From the NCBI GenBank assembly GCA_963668645.2, contig CAXXWC010000001.1:1-64000 (forward strand): a DNA stretch of 64,000 nt. Reading direction: 5' to 3'. This DNA is from Desulfobacterales bacterium (GTDB taxonomy: Bacteria; Desulfobacterota; Desulfobacteria; Desulfobacterales; UBA2174). This document shows, piece after piece, positions 40,401 through 50,847 of the stretch (the stretch's first letter is position 1; each line of letters begins with the position of its first letter). The notes beneath the pieces were generated by a model. It had not been told where the DNA came from. It did not search any database and worked only from the letters and a program-made list of their open reading frames with translations. The translations under genes were made by a program, and so were the position numbers.

Positions 40401-41519
40401 TTAGCGCCGGATCGGCCCGGCCTTGCCCTGATCGGCGGCATGCCACAGCGCCGGGTGGCCCCGCTCGTACTGGCGTGGATAGACGGCGGTCTGGCCCAAT
40501 TCCCGGGCCGCCTGCCAGGCCCAGTGGGGGTTGAAGAGCATGGCCCGCCCCAGGGCCACCATGTCGGCCTGACCCGAGCGCACGATCTGTTCGGCCTGAA
40601 AAGGGTCGGCGATCAGGCCCACGGCGATGGTGGGCATACCGGATGCCTCGCGTATCATCTGGGCAAAGCGGACCTGGTAGCCGGGCCCGGCCGGAATGCG
40701 CGCCGCAAAGGCGATCCCGCCGCTGGAAACATGGATGTAATCGCAGCCGCGGTGGGCCAGGATTTTGGCCAGACGGGCCGTTTCTTCAGGTGTCCATCCA
40801 CCTTCGATCCAATCGGTGGCCGAGACCCGCACCCCCATTGGCTTGTCGTCCGGCCAGGCGGTACGCACCGCGTCGAAGACCTCCAGTGGAAAGCGGATGC
40901 GGTCCTCGAAATCCCCACCGTAGGCATCCGCCCGCCGATTGGTGAGCGGTGACAAAAACTCGTGCAGCAGGTAGCCGTGGGCCGCGTGCAATTCCAGGAG
41001 CGCAAAGCCGGCCCGTTCGGCACGCCGGGCCGAACCGATGAAGGCCTCGCGCACACGGTCCATGTCGTTGCGGTCCATGGATCGGGGCAAGGGCCAGTCC
41101 GGCTCCAATGCAAGACCGGATACCGAAAGTGGCTGCCAGCCGCCCTGTTCGAGTGGGGCTGCCGGCTCTCGGCTCAGGGGCGGCCGGGTGGAGGCCTTAC
41201 GCCCGGCGTGGCCGAGTTGGATACCCGGTGCCACATGCCCGTAGCGGTGGAAAAATTCAATGATCCGGCCCATGCCCTGCTCCTGGGCGTCGGTGTAAAG
41301 GCCGAGGCATTTATCGGTGATGCGCCCTTCGGGGCTTACCGCAGTGGCCTCGGTGATGAACAAACCCGCCCCGCAGACCGCAAACTGGCCCATATGCATC
41401 AGGTGCCAATCGTTGGGATTGCCCTCTTGGGCGCTGTACTGGCACATGGGTGCCACGACGATGCGGTTGTCCAGGGTCATTCCGCGCAGGCGGAGGGGAG
41501 AAAAGAGTATGCTGTCCAC
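40401..41519 (-). CDS. NADH:flavin oxidoreductase, Old Yellow Enzyme (YqjM/NamA-type)
   Basis: APMCQYSA, QLGHAGRKAS, HAAHGYLLHEFLSP, YGG. Confidence 0.93.
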   Translation of the reverse strand: MDSILFSPLRLRGMTLDNRIVVAPMCQYSAQEGNPNDWHLMHMGQFAVCGAGLFITEATAVSPEGRITDKCLGLYTDAQEQGMGRIIEFFHRYGHVAPGIQLGHAGRKASTRPPLSREPAAPLEQGGWQPLSVSGLALEPDWPLPRSMDRNDMDRVREAFIGSARRAERAGFALLELHAAHGYLLHEFLSPLTNRRADAYGGDFEDRIRFPLEVFDAVRTAWPDDKPMGVRVSATDWIEGGWTPEETARLAKILAHRGCDYIHVSSGGIAFAARIPAGPGYQVRFAQMIREASGMPTIAVGLIADPFQAEQIVRSGQADMVALGRAMLFNPHWAWQAARELGQTAVYPRQYERGHPALWHAADQGKAGPIRR

Positions 41520-41672
41520 GGATGGATCTCCTTTCCGGATAATCGTTGGCTCGGGGAACCCTCATACAACGATTCGATGGCTGTCGCAAACGACCGGATT
41601 CGATCTTTTGGATGCTGCATGGTGTTGTGACCGCCGCATCGAGTCCGTCCCCGGCTGCTCGGGCGTGTAAAC

Positions 41673-41715
41673 TTGACTCCTGAGCATCCTCTATCTTACA
41701 CTAACGTCAACGTTA
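41673..41715 (+). promoter_or_regulatory. Sigma70 promoter with abutting LiuR-type palindromic operator
   Basis: TTGACT, 18-bp spacer, TACACT; TAACGTCAACGTTA (41702-41715) palindrome 12/14. Confidence 0.7.
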
Positions 41716-41738
41716 AGTTTGAAAACAGGAGCACGCTC

Positions 41739-42158
41739 TTGCCTGCTGACCGATCCCGCACCGAATACTTCAGCATCTCCGACCTGGCGGCCGAATTCGA
41801 CGTCAGCCCCCGCACGATCCGTTTTTACGAGGAAAAGGGGTTGCTGGCGCCGGCGCGGACCAAGGGCAACCAGCGGATATACAACCGGCGCGACCGGACC
41901 CGGCTGCGACTGATCCTGCGCGGCAAGCGATTCGGCTACCGCCTTGACGAAATCGCCGCTATGATCGGCCTGGACGAGATCGACATGAACGAGGCCGACC
42001 AGATCCGCCAGAGCCTGGCCTACGGGGGCCGCAAGCTGGCCGAAATCCGCGCCCGCATCGATGAACTGAGCCTGTTGGAAAAAGACCTGCAGGCCGTTGA
42101 GGTCAAACTGCGCCGGCGCCTGGAAGAGATAGAAACAGCATCCGCCGCCGGCAAATGA
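41739..42158 (+). CDS. MerR-family regulator, LiuR-like
   Basis: SISDLAAEFDVSPRTIRFYEEKGLL, RLRLILRGKRFG; TTG start after AGGAG. Confidence 0.9.
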   Translation: MPADRSRTEYFSISDLAAEFDVSPRTIRFYEEKGLLAPARTKGNQRIYNRRDRTRLRLILRGKRFGYRLDEIAAMIGLDEIDMNEADQIRQSLAYGGRKLAEIRARIDELSLLEKDLQAVEVKLRRRLEEIETASAAGK

Positions 42159-42180
42159 CCCATACATAAGGAAGGTTGCC

Positions 42181-43425
42181 ATGTTCGACTATCTGTTATC
42201 CGAAACGTCGCGCCGGTTGATCGACGAAGTGCGCGACCTGGTGCGCTGGGTGCCGCGGGAGATGATCCTGGCCATGGATCGCGATGAAATCCGGTTTCCA
42301 AAGGAATTTTTGCAGGAGGCGGGTCGGCGCAACCTCATGGGTTGCCGCTATCCGCGCCGGTGGGGCGGCCGCGATCTGGACTGGGTCAGCACCTGTGCCG
42401 TGATGGAAGAGGTCGGCACCCTGGGCTACATCTTCGCCTGTCTGTTCGGCGTCGGCGCCGAACTGGTCTGCGACGCCATCATCCTGCACGGCACGGACGA
42501 CCAGAAGGAGCGGTACGTCAGGCCCCTGCTTGGCGGCGAGATCTTTGCGGCCGAATGCCTCACCGAGCCGCGCGGGGGAAGCGATTTTTTCGGCACCACC
42601 ACCATGGCCGAGGACCGCGGCGACCATTTCGTGCTCAACGGCCAGAAGCGTTTCATCGTCGGGGCCGAGGGAGCCGACTTTTTTCTGGTTTACGCCCGCA
42701 CCGATGCCCAGGCCCCGGCTCACCAGGCCCTGACCTGTTTCATCGTCGACCGCGGCCCCGGGGTGGAAACCGCCTATCGCTACGGCCTGATGGGCTGCCG
42801 CGGCGGCGGGGCCGGCCGCATCGTTTTCCGGGACGTCAAGGTGCCGCGGGAAAACATCGTGGGACGGCTCAACGGGGCCAAGGCGGTCTTCGATACCATG
42901 ATGATACCCGAGCGGCTCGGAACGGCGGCCATGACCATCGGGGCGGCCCGTCCGGCCCTGGATGTGGCCACCGGCTACACCACCCGGCGCAAGGCCTTCG
43001 GCACCACCATCAACCAGTTCCAGGGGGTCAGCTTCCAGGTGGCCGAGGCGGCCATGCTCCTGGACGCATCCCGCGCGATGATCTACACCACGGCCCGGGC
43101 CGTGGACAGCGGCCAAAATCCTTACCGGGTTCGCCGCCTGGTCTCCGAGACCAAGAAATTCGTTACCGAATCCTGCCAGCGCGCGGCCCACAACAGCATG
43201 CAAGTGATGGGGGGAATCGGCTATACGGATGTTTTTCCGGTGGAAAGGATCGTGCGCGACCTGCGCCTGGCATCGATCTGGACCGGCACCAACGAAGTCA
43301 TGTCGATGATCTCGGCCCATGAATGGTACCGCGAGTACGCCATGCGCAAGGCCGGCCAGATGCCGCGCGACCACGAGGCGGACGCTGCTTCGGCCGATGC
43401 GGTGGACGAAAAGATCTACCAGTAG
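42181..43425 (+). CDS. Acyl-CoA dehydrogenase
   Basis: CLTEPRGGSD, LNGQKRFI, RKAFG..QFQGV, MGGIGY, IWTGTNE. Confidence 0.94.
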   Translation: MFDYLLSETSRRLIDEVRDLVRWVPREMILAMDRDEIRFPKEFLQEAGRRNLMGCRYPRRWGGRDLDWVSTCAVMEEVGTLGYIFACLFGVGAELVCDAIILHGTDDQKERYVRPLLGGEIFAAECLTEPRGGSDFFGTTTMAEDRGDHFVLNGQKRFIVGAEGADFFLVYARTDAQAPAHQALTCFIVDRGPGVETAYRYGLMGCRGGGAGRIVFRDVKVPRENIVGRLNGAKAVFDTMMIPERLGTAAMTIGAARPALDVATGYTTRRKAFGTTINQFQGVSFQVAEAAMLLDASRAMIYTTARAVDSGQNPYRVRRLVSETKKFVTESCQRAAHNSMQVMGGIGYTDVFPVERIVRDLRLASIWTGTNEVMSMISAHEWYREYAMRKAGQMPRDHEADAASADAVDEKIYQ

Positions 43426-43427
43426 CC

Positions 43428-44249
43428 GTGAACGTCGTTACACGCGAAAATTACGGCCCGGTGACGGCCTACAACCTCGGTTTCGGCCCCCTGGGGCCGC
43501 CGTGGATGACGGTGCGCTGCTACCGGCTGGGCGGCCTGCTCATCGATACGGGCCAGGCCCACCTGCGGCGCCGGGTGTTGTCCCTGCTCGCTTCCCGACC
43601 GCCGGGAGCCGTGGTCCTGACCCACCACCACGAGGATCACAGCGGCAATGCGGCGGCGATTCGAAAAAGCTTCGGCCCTCCGGTCTACGGCCATCCGCTG
43701 ACGGCTGTAAAGATGCGCAGCGCCTTTTCCATTCGTCCTTACCAGCATTATCTGTGGGGCCGGACCCAGCCCCTGGAGATACTCCCCCTGCCGGCCTTAC
43801 TGGAGGCGGCCGGCCGGCGTCTGACGCCGATCCATGCGCCGGGCCACAGCAAGGACCATACCGTCTATCTCGTAGCGGACGAAGGATGGCTCTTTTCCGG
43901 CGACCTGTTTCTCGGCGAACGGATCAAGTACTTTCGCTCGGACGAAGACTTCGCCGATCAGATCGCCTCACTGCGGCAGGTATTGGCCTTGGATTTCGAG
44001 GTCCTTTTTTGCGCCCACCGGCCGGTGCTGCACCAAGGCCGGGCCGCTCTGGGCCGCAAGCTGGCATTTTTGGAGGACTTGTACGGCAGGATTTCGGACT
44101 TGCACCGCCAGGGCCGCGGCGCCCGGGCCATCGTAAGGGCACTGGATCCGGGCCGCGACCTCACGGCGCGGGTTTTGACCCTCGGCAACGTGAGCTTCGG
44201 CTGGATGGTCCGTTCGGCCCTCAAGTCGATGGAGGACGGCGCTACTTGA
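43428..44249 (+). CDS. MBL-fold metallo-hydrolase
   Basis: LIDTG, THHHEDHSG, PGHSKDH, FSGD, CAH. Confidence 0.9.
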   Translation: MNVVTRENYGPVTAYNLGFGPLGPPWMTVRCYRLGGLLIDTGQAHLRRRVLSLLASRPPGAVVLTHHHEDHSGNAAAIRKSFGPPVYGHPLTAVKMRSAFSIRPYQHYLWGRTQPLEILPLPALLEAAGRRLTPIHAPGHSKDHTVYLVADEGWLFSGDLFLGERIKYFRSDEDFADQIASLRQVLALDFEVLFCAHRPVLHQGRAALGRKLAFLEDLYGRISDLHRQGRGARAIVRALDPGRDLTARVLTLGNVSFGWMVRSALKSMEDGAT

Positions 44250-44997
44250 TCCCCCGCTCGCGGCAAATCGCCTCGTAGGCTTCCTGGATCTCGCGGAACT
44301 TCTCCTCGGCAAAGCGGGTGAACTCCTCGGGCAGCCCTTTACCGGCGATCTTGTCGGGATGATACTCGTTCACCTTTCGGCGATACTGGTGTTTGATGGC
44401 CTCGTTGGATTCGTTCGGATCGACCCCCAGAATGGCGTAGTAGCGGTCCACGTCTTTCTGGTAGCGGGCCCTGAGGCGGCGCAGCTGCTCCGGGCTGAAT
44501 CCGAAAATCGAGGCCGCCTCCTGGATCAGGGCGTCCTCGGCCGGCAGAATGCGGCCGTCGGCCACCGCCACCCGCAGCAGGATGTCGAGCATCAAATCGA
44601 GCAGTTCGGCGCGGTGGTGGAAGCGGGCCCGGAACTGGCGCGCGAAATCGCCGAAGGACTCTGGGGCCTGCAAGGCGGTATTAAAAATGTTCATCCCGAT
44701 ACGCTGGCTGTCTGGATCCAGCCTGAGATCCTGCACCATGAAACGCCCCACCGAATCGATCTCGGCCTGGGTTACCGGACCGTCGGACTTGGCCATCTTG
44801 GCCAGCATGGAAAAGGTTGCCACGAAAAAGGTGAACTGGTCCGTATCGACGGTGGAAATGGTCCGATGATCTTCGATCTGGGCCGGGTGATTGTTGACGT
44901 CAAAGGCATGACCGAACGCCGCTCCGGCAATGGCCCCCAGCGGTCCACCGATGGCAAAACCGAGGGTCCCGCCCACGATCTTTCCCAATACTCCCAT
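44242..44997 (-). CDS. djlA: DjlA co-chaperone (TerB-like + J domain)
   Basis: GKIVGGTLG..GPLGA..GHAFD, AKSDG, YHPDK..GLPEEF. Confidence 0.88.
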   Translation of the reverse strand: MGVLGKIVGGTLGFAIGGPLGAIAGAAFGHAFDVNNHPAQIEDHRTISTVDTDQFTFFVATFSMLAKMAKSDGPVTQAEIDSVGRFMVQDLRLDPDSQRIGMNIFNTALQAPESFGDFARQFRARFHHRAELLDLMLDILLRVAVADGRILPAEDALIQEAASIFGFSPEQLRRLRARYQKDVDRYYAILGVDPNESNEAIKHQYRRKVNEYHPDKIAGKGLPEEFTRFAEEKFREIQEAYEAICRERGIK

Positions 44998-45255
44998 AGA
45001 AAATCCTTTCCGCGCGCACCGGCGTGCCGTTTACTCAGGGTGCTGGTCTGCACGCTCCGTTACCGGAAGGCGACCGGCAGGGCGCCGTCCGGTTGCGAAA
45101 CGGTGGTTACTATAACGCAATTGCCCTCCAGTGCAACCGCCTTGTACTTCAAAAAAGTGTGCAAGGGTGGCCCGGTCCGGCCGCAAAGCGGCCCGGGACT
45201 GCTTCATGCTTTGTGCTGGTCATTTACCGGTGTGCCGGTGTAAAATCAACTCGCC

Positions 45256-46641
45256 ATGAAAGGAATCTCCCAGCGTATGAGCCCACCGGCGTCCTCCCCT
45301 TTTGCGGTCAACAACGTGCGGCGCTTCATCGCCTTTCGGGTAGCGTTCAACTGCCGCTTCTACTACCCGATTTTCACCGTCCTGTTCCTCGATTTCGGCC
45401 TGAGCATGGCCCAGTTCGCCATCCTCAACGCGGTCTGGGCCGCCACTATCGTGCTGGCCGAGGTGCCTTCCGGGGCATTGGCGGATATCGTCGGCCGGCG
45501 CCGCCTGCTGCGCTTTGCCGCCATCTCCATGCTGGTGGAAATGGCGATCCTCTGTTTTGCCCCCCGGGGCAACCCAACCTTGCTCTTCGGCCTTTTTCTG
45601 GTCAACCGGATCCTTAGCGGACTGGCCGAGGCAGCCGCCAGCGGTGCGGACGAGGCCATCGCCTACGACGCGCTTCAGGCCGCAGGCCTAGCGGACCGCT
45701 GGGGGCAGGTACTCGATGTGCAGATGCGGCTGCAATCGGCGGCCTTCATTTTCACCATGCTGGCCGGTGCGGCGGTGTACGATTCTCACCTGATGACCCG
45801 CCTGGCCGCGATTCTCGGCTTGGACCAAGGCTTTTCCCAGGTCCAAACCCTGCGCTTTCCCCTCTACCTGACCTTGGGCATGGCCCTGTGCACCCTGGCT
45901 GCTGTCTGGGGCCTGGATGAAGTCTGCCCCCGCACCGGGGCCGGTAAAGCCTGCCGGCCCCGGGCGGGCGTTTCTGCCGTGGAAGCCTTCCGGCTGACTT
46001 TGAACACCGGCGCCTGGATTTTCAGGACCCCCTTTGTCCTGGCGGTGATCGTTGTCGGTATGCTGTTGGATTCGATCCTGCGCATGGTCATCACCCTGGC
46101 CAGCCAGTACTACCGCATGGTGGCCCTGCCTGAATCGATGTTCGGGGTTCTCGGGGCCATGACCGCGGTGGCGGGTATCTTCATCCCCCGGCTGGCCCGG
46201 CGGGTTGCCGAAAGCCGGTCCCCGGCCTTCTGCCTGGGGTCCACCGCCGCCACGGCCCTGGCCGGACTGGCAGGCATGGCCTTCTTCTGGCCCTATCTGG
46301 GCCTGATCCCGGCCCTGGTGGTCTTTTCGGCCCTTTCCATGGTGGGTTTTTACGTAAGCTACTTCGTCAACCGCCGGACCTCGTCCGAGCGCCGGGCCAC
46401 GGTCCTCAGCTTCAAGGGCGTGGCCTACAACCTGGCTTACGGCCTGATCGGGATTGTTTATGCCGGGGTTCTGGAGGCCAAAAAGGCGGGTCTCCAAGCC
46501 GTTGCCGCATCACCCCAAGCCGTGGAAAACATCGTATTCCGGCAGACCTTCGGCTGGTTTCCTGTGGGGCTTGCCCTCGGGCTGGCACTGGTGGCGGCCG
46601 TGGTGGGAGGCTACCGCATTGTGTCGCAAGGGCGCCGATAA
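45256..46641 (+). CDS. MFS transporter
   Basis: EVPSGALADIVGRR motif A, SGADEAIAYD, about 12 hydrophobic segments. Confidence 0.9.
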   Translation: MKGISQRMSPPASSPFAVNNVRRFIAFRVAFNCRFYYPIFTVLFLDFGLSMAQFAILNAVWAATIVLAEVPSGALADIVGRRRLLRFAAISMLVEMAILCFAPRGNPTLLFGLFLVNRILSGLAEAAASGADEAIAYDALQAAGLADRWGQVLDVQMRLQSAAFIFTMLAGAAVYDSHLMTRLAAILGLDQGFSQVQTLRFPLYLTLGMALCTLAAVWGLDEVCPRTGAGKACRPRAGVSAVEAFRLTLNTGAWIFRTPFVLAVIVVGMLLDSILRMVITLASQYYRMVALPESMFGVLGAMTAVAGIFIPRLARRVAESRSPAFCLGSTAATALAGLAGMAFFWPYLGLIPALVVFSALSMVGFYVSYFVNRRTSSERRATVLSFKGVAYNLAYGLIGIVYAGVLEAKKAGLQAVAASPQAVENIVFRQTFGWFPVGLALGLALVAAVVGGYRIVSQGRR

Positions 46642-46873
46642 CCTGAAAGACTTCTCCAAGCGAAGAATTATGCCCCCTATGATCCGGATCGATTCGAGCC
46701 TGAAAGCAACTGCTTCGATAACCCCGCCAAGCGCTGGGAAAGGGGTTTTTCAGGGTGACGTGGCCACCTGCCATACACCGCTGCCGTTTTTGACAAAGGC
46801 TTGGCCCCGGCGCATTCGGCAACTCAAACGATAGCTGCGGCAAAACAAATGGTGAGGTTTTGTGTCTCTGGAT

Positions 46874-47524
46874 TCACGCGTTTTCTTTCAATATCCGTTC
46901 AGCCTCCTGAACCGCTGAGATGGCGTCTTTGGCGTATCCGTCCGCGCCGTATTGACGGGCAATTTCCGCCGACAGCGGTGCACCTCCCACCATGACAAGG
47001 ACGTCCGGCTTTTCAGACTTGAGCATTGTGATCACCTTGGGCATTGCCATCATACTGGTGGTCATCAGCGCTGAAAGCGCAACCATGTCCGCTCCGGTGC
47101 TTCGCAGTGCTTCTACAAATCGCTCAAGCTTTACGTCTTTTCCAAGATCGCAAATTTCCCAGCCGGCCGCCTCGAACATGGTTTTCACCAGTGTCTTGCC
47201 GATGTCGTGGATGTCTCCTTCCACCACCCCCATGATGATTTTTCCAGTCGCCCTGTGAGCGCCGACTTTCACATGAGGCCGAAGTACTTCGAGCCCGGCG
47301 TACATGGCATCGGAGCATAAGAGCAGTTCGGGAACGAAATATTCTTGTTTTTCATATAAATTGCCCACCGCGTCCATGCCTGCGGCCAGCCCGCTCATAA
47401 TCGCATCATAGGCGTCGATACCGGTCGCAAGGGCCTTTTGGCAAAGGTCGGCGGTCTTTTCTTCCTCAAATTCCACCACCGAACATTTTATCTGTTGGAG
47501 CAAAGCCTCATTTTCTGCCGTCAT
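46874..47524 (-). CDS. Corrinoid (B12-binding) methyl-acceptor protein, MtbC/MttC-like
   Basis: GMDAVGNLYEKQEYFVPELL cap, DIHDIGK (DxHxxG), SALMTT, VGGAP. Confidence 0.95.
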   Translation of the reverse strand: MTAENEALLQQIKCSVVEFEEEKTADLCQKALATGIDAYDAIMSGLAAGMDAVGNLYEKQEYFVPELLLCSDAMYAGLEVLRPHVKVGAHRATGKIIMGVVEGDIHDIGKTLVKTMFEAAGWEICDLGKDVKLERFVEALRSTGADMVALSALMTTSMMAMPKVITMLKSEKPDVLVMVGGAPLSAEIARQYGADGYAKDAISAVQEAERILKENA

Positions 47525-47589
47525 GATCTTCTCCGTGGGTTTTGGATCGAAAACGATATGTTCGAAACAGGCACGAAAATCAACGATGC

Positions 47590-48627
47590 CTATCGGCGCA
47601 GCAGTGTTTCTTTCGCAGCGGCGACCATGGCACGCATGTTTTCAGGCGGCACATTGCCACTCAGTCCGCAGCCTCCGCTGACCAGAAGGTGTCCGTCTTT
47701 GCCGCCCTTTGAAATCACCTGCCGGGTCGCTTCTTTTACCGCCTCGGGGCCACCGACGGCCATCAGCGAAGTGCTCACGTTTCCCATCAGACAGTATGAC
47801 GGCCCTAAAATCTTTCGGGCCAGTTCAAAATCGACCGCCTCATCCAGACTCAGACAGTCAACGCCGGTTTCTGCCATGCTCTCCAGCCGGTCCAGAGTAT
47901 CGCCGCAGATATGCAAAATGGTCTTGACGCCCCCTCTTTTGAGGATGTCCACAAGCCTCTTTACGTACGGCTGTCCCCACTTCATCCATTGCGGCTTGGA
48001 TATGGCACTGCCTGAGGAGGTCGGATCGGAGGTCAGGATGATATCTGCTCCGGCACTGATCACGGCAACCGCGTAAACCACGACACTATTGAAGCAAAGC
48101 GCCAAAAGCTCCTGCAATTTTTCTTTATTCTTAATCATGTCACGCATGATGTTTTCAGGACCGCGAAGCATCGCTGCATGCCGGAATGGGGCCTGGACAT
48201 ATCCGATGACGGGCACTTTGCCGGCAAAAAGCTCTTTTAGCCGCCTGATCTGCTCCAAGTAGGTGGACAGCCGCTTGTTGGTGTAGGGATCAAAAAGTCT
48301 CAGCTTCGGCAGATCCCGATCATAGTCTTGCACTGCATACGTTTCCACGTAGGGTTTCGCCCCTTTGGTGATTTTCAACCTTGATCCCATGGCCTCGGAT
48401 TCAGAATGGCGCGAACCGATGTCCCATACACAGTCATATCCGAACTGCACAGCACAGTAGCTTTGGGAGAAAACGTGTTTTTCGACATTAATGAGTTCAT
48501 CGGTAAACTCAATTCCCGCCTGAAGGCTGCACCACTCTGAAATGATTGGAACCACCGGGCTACGATCGGGCATTTGACCGTTCAATACGCCCATAACTCG
48601 GTCATACGAAGTCAGTTTCTCATCCAT
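47590..48627 (-). CDS. MtaA/CmuA (uroporphyrinogen decarboxylase-fold) methyltransferase
   Basis: SEAMG, APF, GAD..SDP, Zn motif LHICG and GGCG, LMGNV, PPEN. Confidence 0.9.
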   Translation of the reverse strand: MDEKLTSYDRVMGVLNGQMPDRSPVVPIISEWCSLQAGIEFTDELINVEKHVFSQSYCAVQFGYDCVWDIGSRHSESEAMGSRLKITKGAKPYVETYAVQDYDRDLPKLRLFDPYTNKRLSTYLEQIRRLKELFAGKVPVIGYVQAPFRHAAMLRGPENIMRDMIKNKEKLQELLALCFNSVVVYAVAVISAGADIILTSDPTSSGSAISKPQWMKWGQPYVKRLVDILKRGGVKTILHICGDTLDRLESMAETGVDCLSLDEAVDFELARKILGPSYCLMGNVSTSLMAVGGPEAVKEATRQVISKGGKDGHLLVSGGCGLSGNVPPENMRAMVAAAKETLLRR

Positions 48628-48732
48628 TTCACTTACTCCCCGGTCTATCCGTTTTTGCACAACTTTATGTTTTCCTTCACTCATTTCGATACTCGGACAA
48701 GCTGCTTGCATCAAAATTTCATGCACCGACAC

Positions 48733-50745
48733 TTATGATGTTGCCGCGTTCTTCACGGCCTGCGTTTCGAATCTCACCTTCTTTTTCTGATACACTGCCA
48801 CGCCGATGCAAAGTACTAATCCAATCCCCGCTTTTATCGGACTGCAGGTAAAACACAAAAGGGCTCCAATAAAGGTTATACCCCGGGCTATCCAGTTCAG
48901 ATTTCCCAAAAAATACCCCATGGTACCTGCCGAAATCATGTAGGCACCGACCGAAGCCATAAAAAGTGAACTGATGACCTCTGTCCGGGTTCCAATGGAC
49001 AGAATCGAAAGATTGTAGATGAAGATAAACGGAAGAATATATTTCACGATACCTAAACGGATGGCGACCCAGGCTGTTTTAAGCCAATCGGCACGGGCAA
49101 TGCCGGCTGCAACGTACACTCCGGCGCATACCGGCGGTGTCAAAGCGGAAAGGATCGCATAGTAAAAAATGAACATATGACATGCAATCGGTTCGAATCC
49201 CATGGCAACTAAAGATGGGGCGATTACCGAAGCACCCAGAAGGTAGGCAGCGGGAGTCGGTATTCCCATCCCCATGACCATGGTGACCAGGCCGGCCAAA
49301 ACCAGAGCCATCACAATGTTGTCTCCGCTGATGCTGATCAGCAACTCTGAGATGTTCACGCCGATACCGGTAAGGCTGATCAAAGACACAATAATATTTG
49401 CACAAACGAGCAGCGGAACCACCTTCACCAGTGAAAGTCCGATATCATACATGCCGGAAATGAACTTGATTGCGCGTGCCTTGATGCCCTCGCGGTCGAA
49501 AGTGGAAAACGTGTAAAAAATTGCAAATGCAAATATGGCCCAGAATGCAGCGCTTTCAGGTGTTCTCCCCTTGAACATGAGGGTGAGTAGGATGATAATC
49601 GGTATAAAAAGCGGTAATGATCGCTCCGGCTTTATAATTTCCCTAAGGGGTTTGATCTTATCGCTCGGCATGCGGCCGATCTGGTTTTTCACGCTTTCAA
49701 AGTGGACGGCGGCAAGGATTGAAAGATAATATAAAAAAGCAGGTATAATAGCGCAAACGGCCACCTTGATGTAGGGCACCTCTAAAAGCTCGGCCATCAG
49801 AAAAGCCCCAGCGCCCATGATGGGTGGGGTGATCTGTCCGCCTGCCGAAGCGGTTGCTTCGACCCCTCCGGCAAATTCACTCCGGTAGCCAAGCTTTTTC
49901 ATCAACGGGATGGTAAAATTCCCTGTCGTTGCGACATTGGCAACCGCCGAACCGGACATCATCCCGAAAAATCCACTTGCCAAAACAGCGACTTTTGCTG
50001 CACCGCCATAAAATCGCCCTGTAAACCAGATGGCGATGTCAATAAACGTCTCGCCGACTCCGGTGCTTAACAGAAACCCGCCAAAAATGATAAAAATAGC
50101 CACCAGTGTGGAAGAGATTCCTGTGACGAAACCCCATAGTCCCTGATCACTCATATACATGACCTGGACGATATGAGATAGGCTGAATCCCCGGTGTCCC
50201 CAGTATTCCAGATAGCCACCAACGATCGGAATTTCAGTAATGTAGCTACCCATCAAGGCGTACAAAATGAAAAAAATCGTCATCAATGGAAACAGGATAC
50301 CCACCGTTCTTCGCCCCGCTTCCAGCGCCAGCAAAATACCGATGATTCCAAAAACCATGCTGACCGGAGTCGATTCGGCATGATGCTCCATGATCCAGTT
50401 ATAATGGACGATAATATAGCCGCAAACAAGCATGGAAAGACCCACGAGCGCGGCATCCAAAAAGGGCAAAAGCGGATGCTCCCGCTTTATGCCGCCAAGG
50501 GCGAAGGGCCTGACCAATGCAAAGGTAAGAAAAAGCGCAAACCCCACATGCACAGCCCGTTGCCTAAGGTTCGGTAGAGGGCCGGTAAAGGCCGTATAGA
50601 TATGAAACGCGACAAAGGCCACGGACACCAGGACCAGTAATATTTTCCAAGCTCCGGCCGGGCTACGTTGCTTTGCATCCTTTTCCGTTGATTCTGTTTC
50701 TTTATTTACTTTTTTCTCAGTCGCAGTTTCCATCGTCGCCTGCAT
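48733..50745 (-). CDS. TRAP transporter fused (4TM/12TM) permease, TAXI-associated
   Basis: SGSAVANVATTG, EATASAGGQITPPIMGAGAF, GMGIPTPAAY, LTPPVC. Confidence 0.95.
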   Translation of the reverse strand: MQATMETATEKKVNKETESTEKDAKQRSPAGAWKILLVLVSVAFVAFHIYTAFTGPLPNLRQRAVHVGFALFLTFALVRPFALGGIKREHPLLPFLDAALVGLSMLVCGYIIVHYNWIMEHHAESTPVSMVFGIIGILLALEAGRRTVGILFPLMTIFFILYALMGSYITEIPIVGGYLEYWGHRGFSLSHIVQVMYMSDQGLWGFVTGISSTLVAIFIIFGGFLLSTGVGETFIDIAIWFTGRFYGGAAKVAVLASGFFGMMSGSAVANVATTGNFTIPLMKKLGYRSEFAGGVEATASAGGQITPPIMGAGAFLMAELLEVPYIKVAVCAIIPAFLYYLSILAAVHFESVKNQIGRMPSDKIKPLREIIKPERSLPLFIPIIILLTLMFKGRTPESAAFWAIFAFAIFYTFSTFDREGIKARAIKFISGMYDIGLSLVKVVPLLVCANIIVSLISLTGIGVNISELLISISGDNIVMALVLAGLVTMVMGMGIPTPAAYLLGASVIAPSLVAMGFEPIACHMFIFYYAILSALTPPVCAGVYVAAGIARADWLKTAWVAIRLGIVKYILPFIFIYNLSILSIGTRTEVISSLFMASVGAYMISAGTMGYFLGNLNWIARGITFIGALLCFTCSPIKAGIGLVLCIGVAVYQKKKVRFETQAVKNAATS

Positions 50746-50847
50746 CGTTTCAGTCGCTTTCTATGCTGAAAGCTGCCCCGGTAACGACTGTACCGGAGCA
50801 GCGACTCTTTTGATAGCGAATACGCATCTGGACGCAGCCGCGATCAT

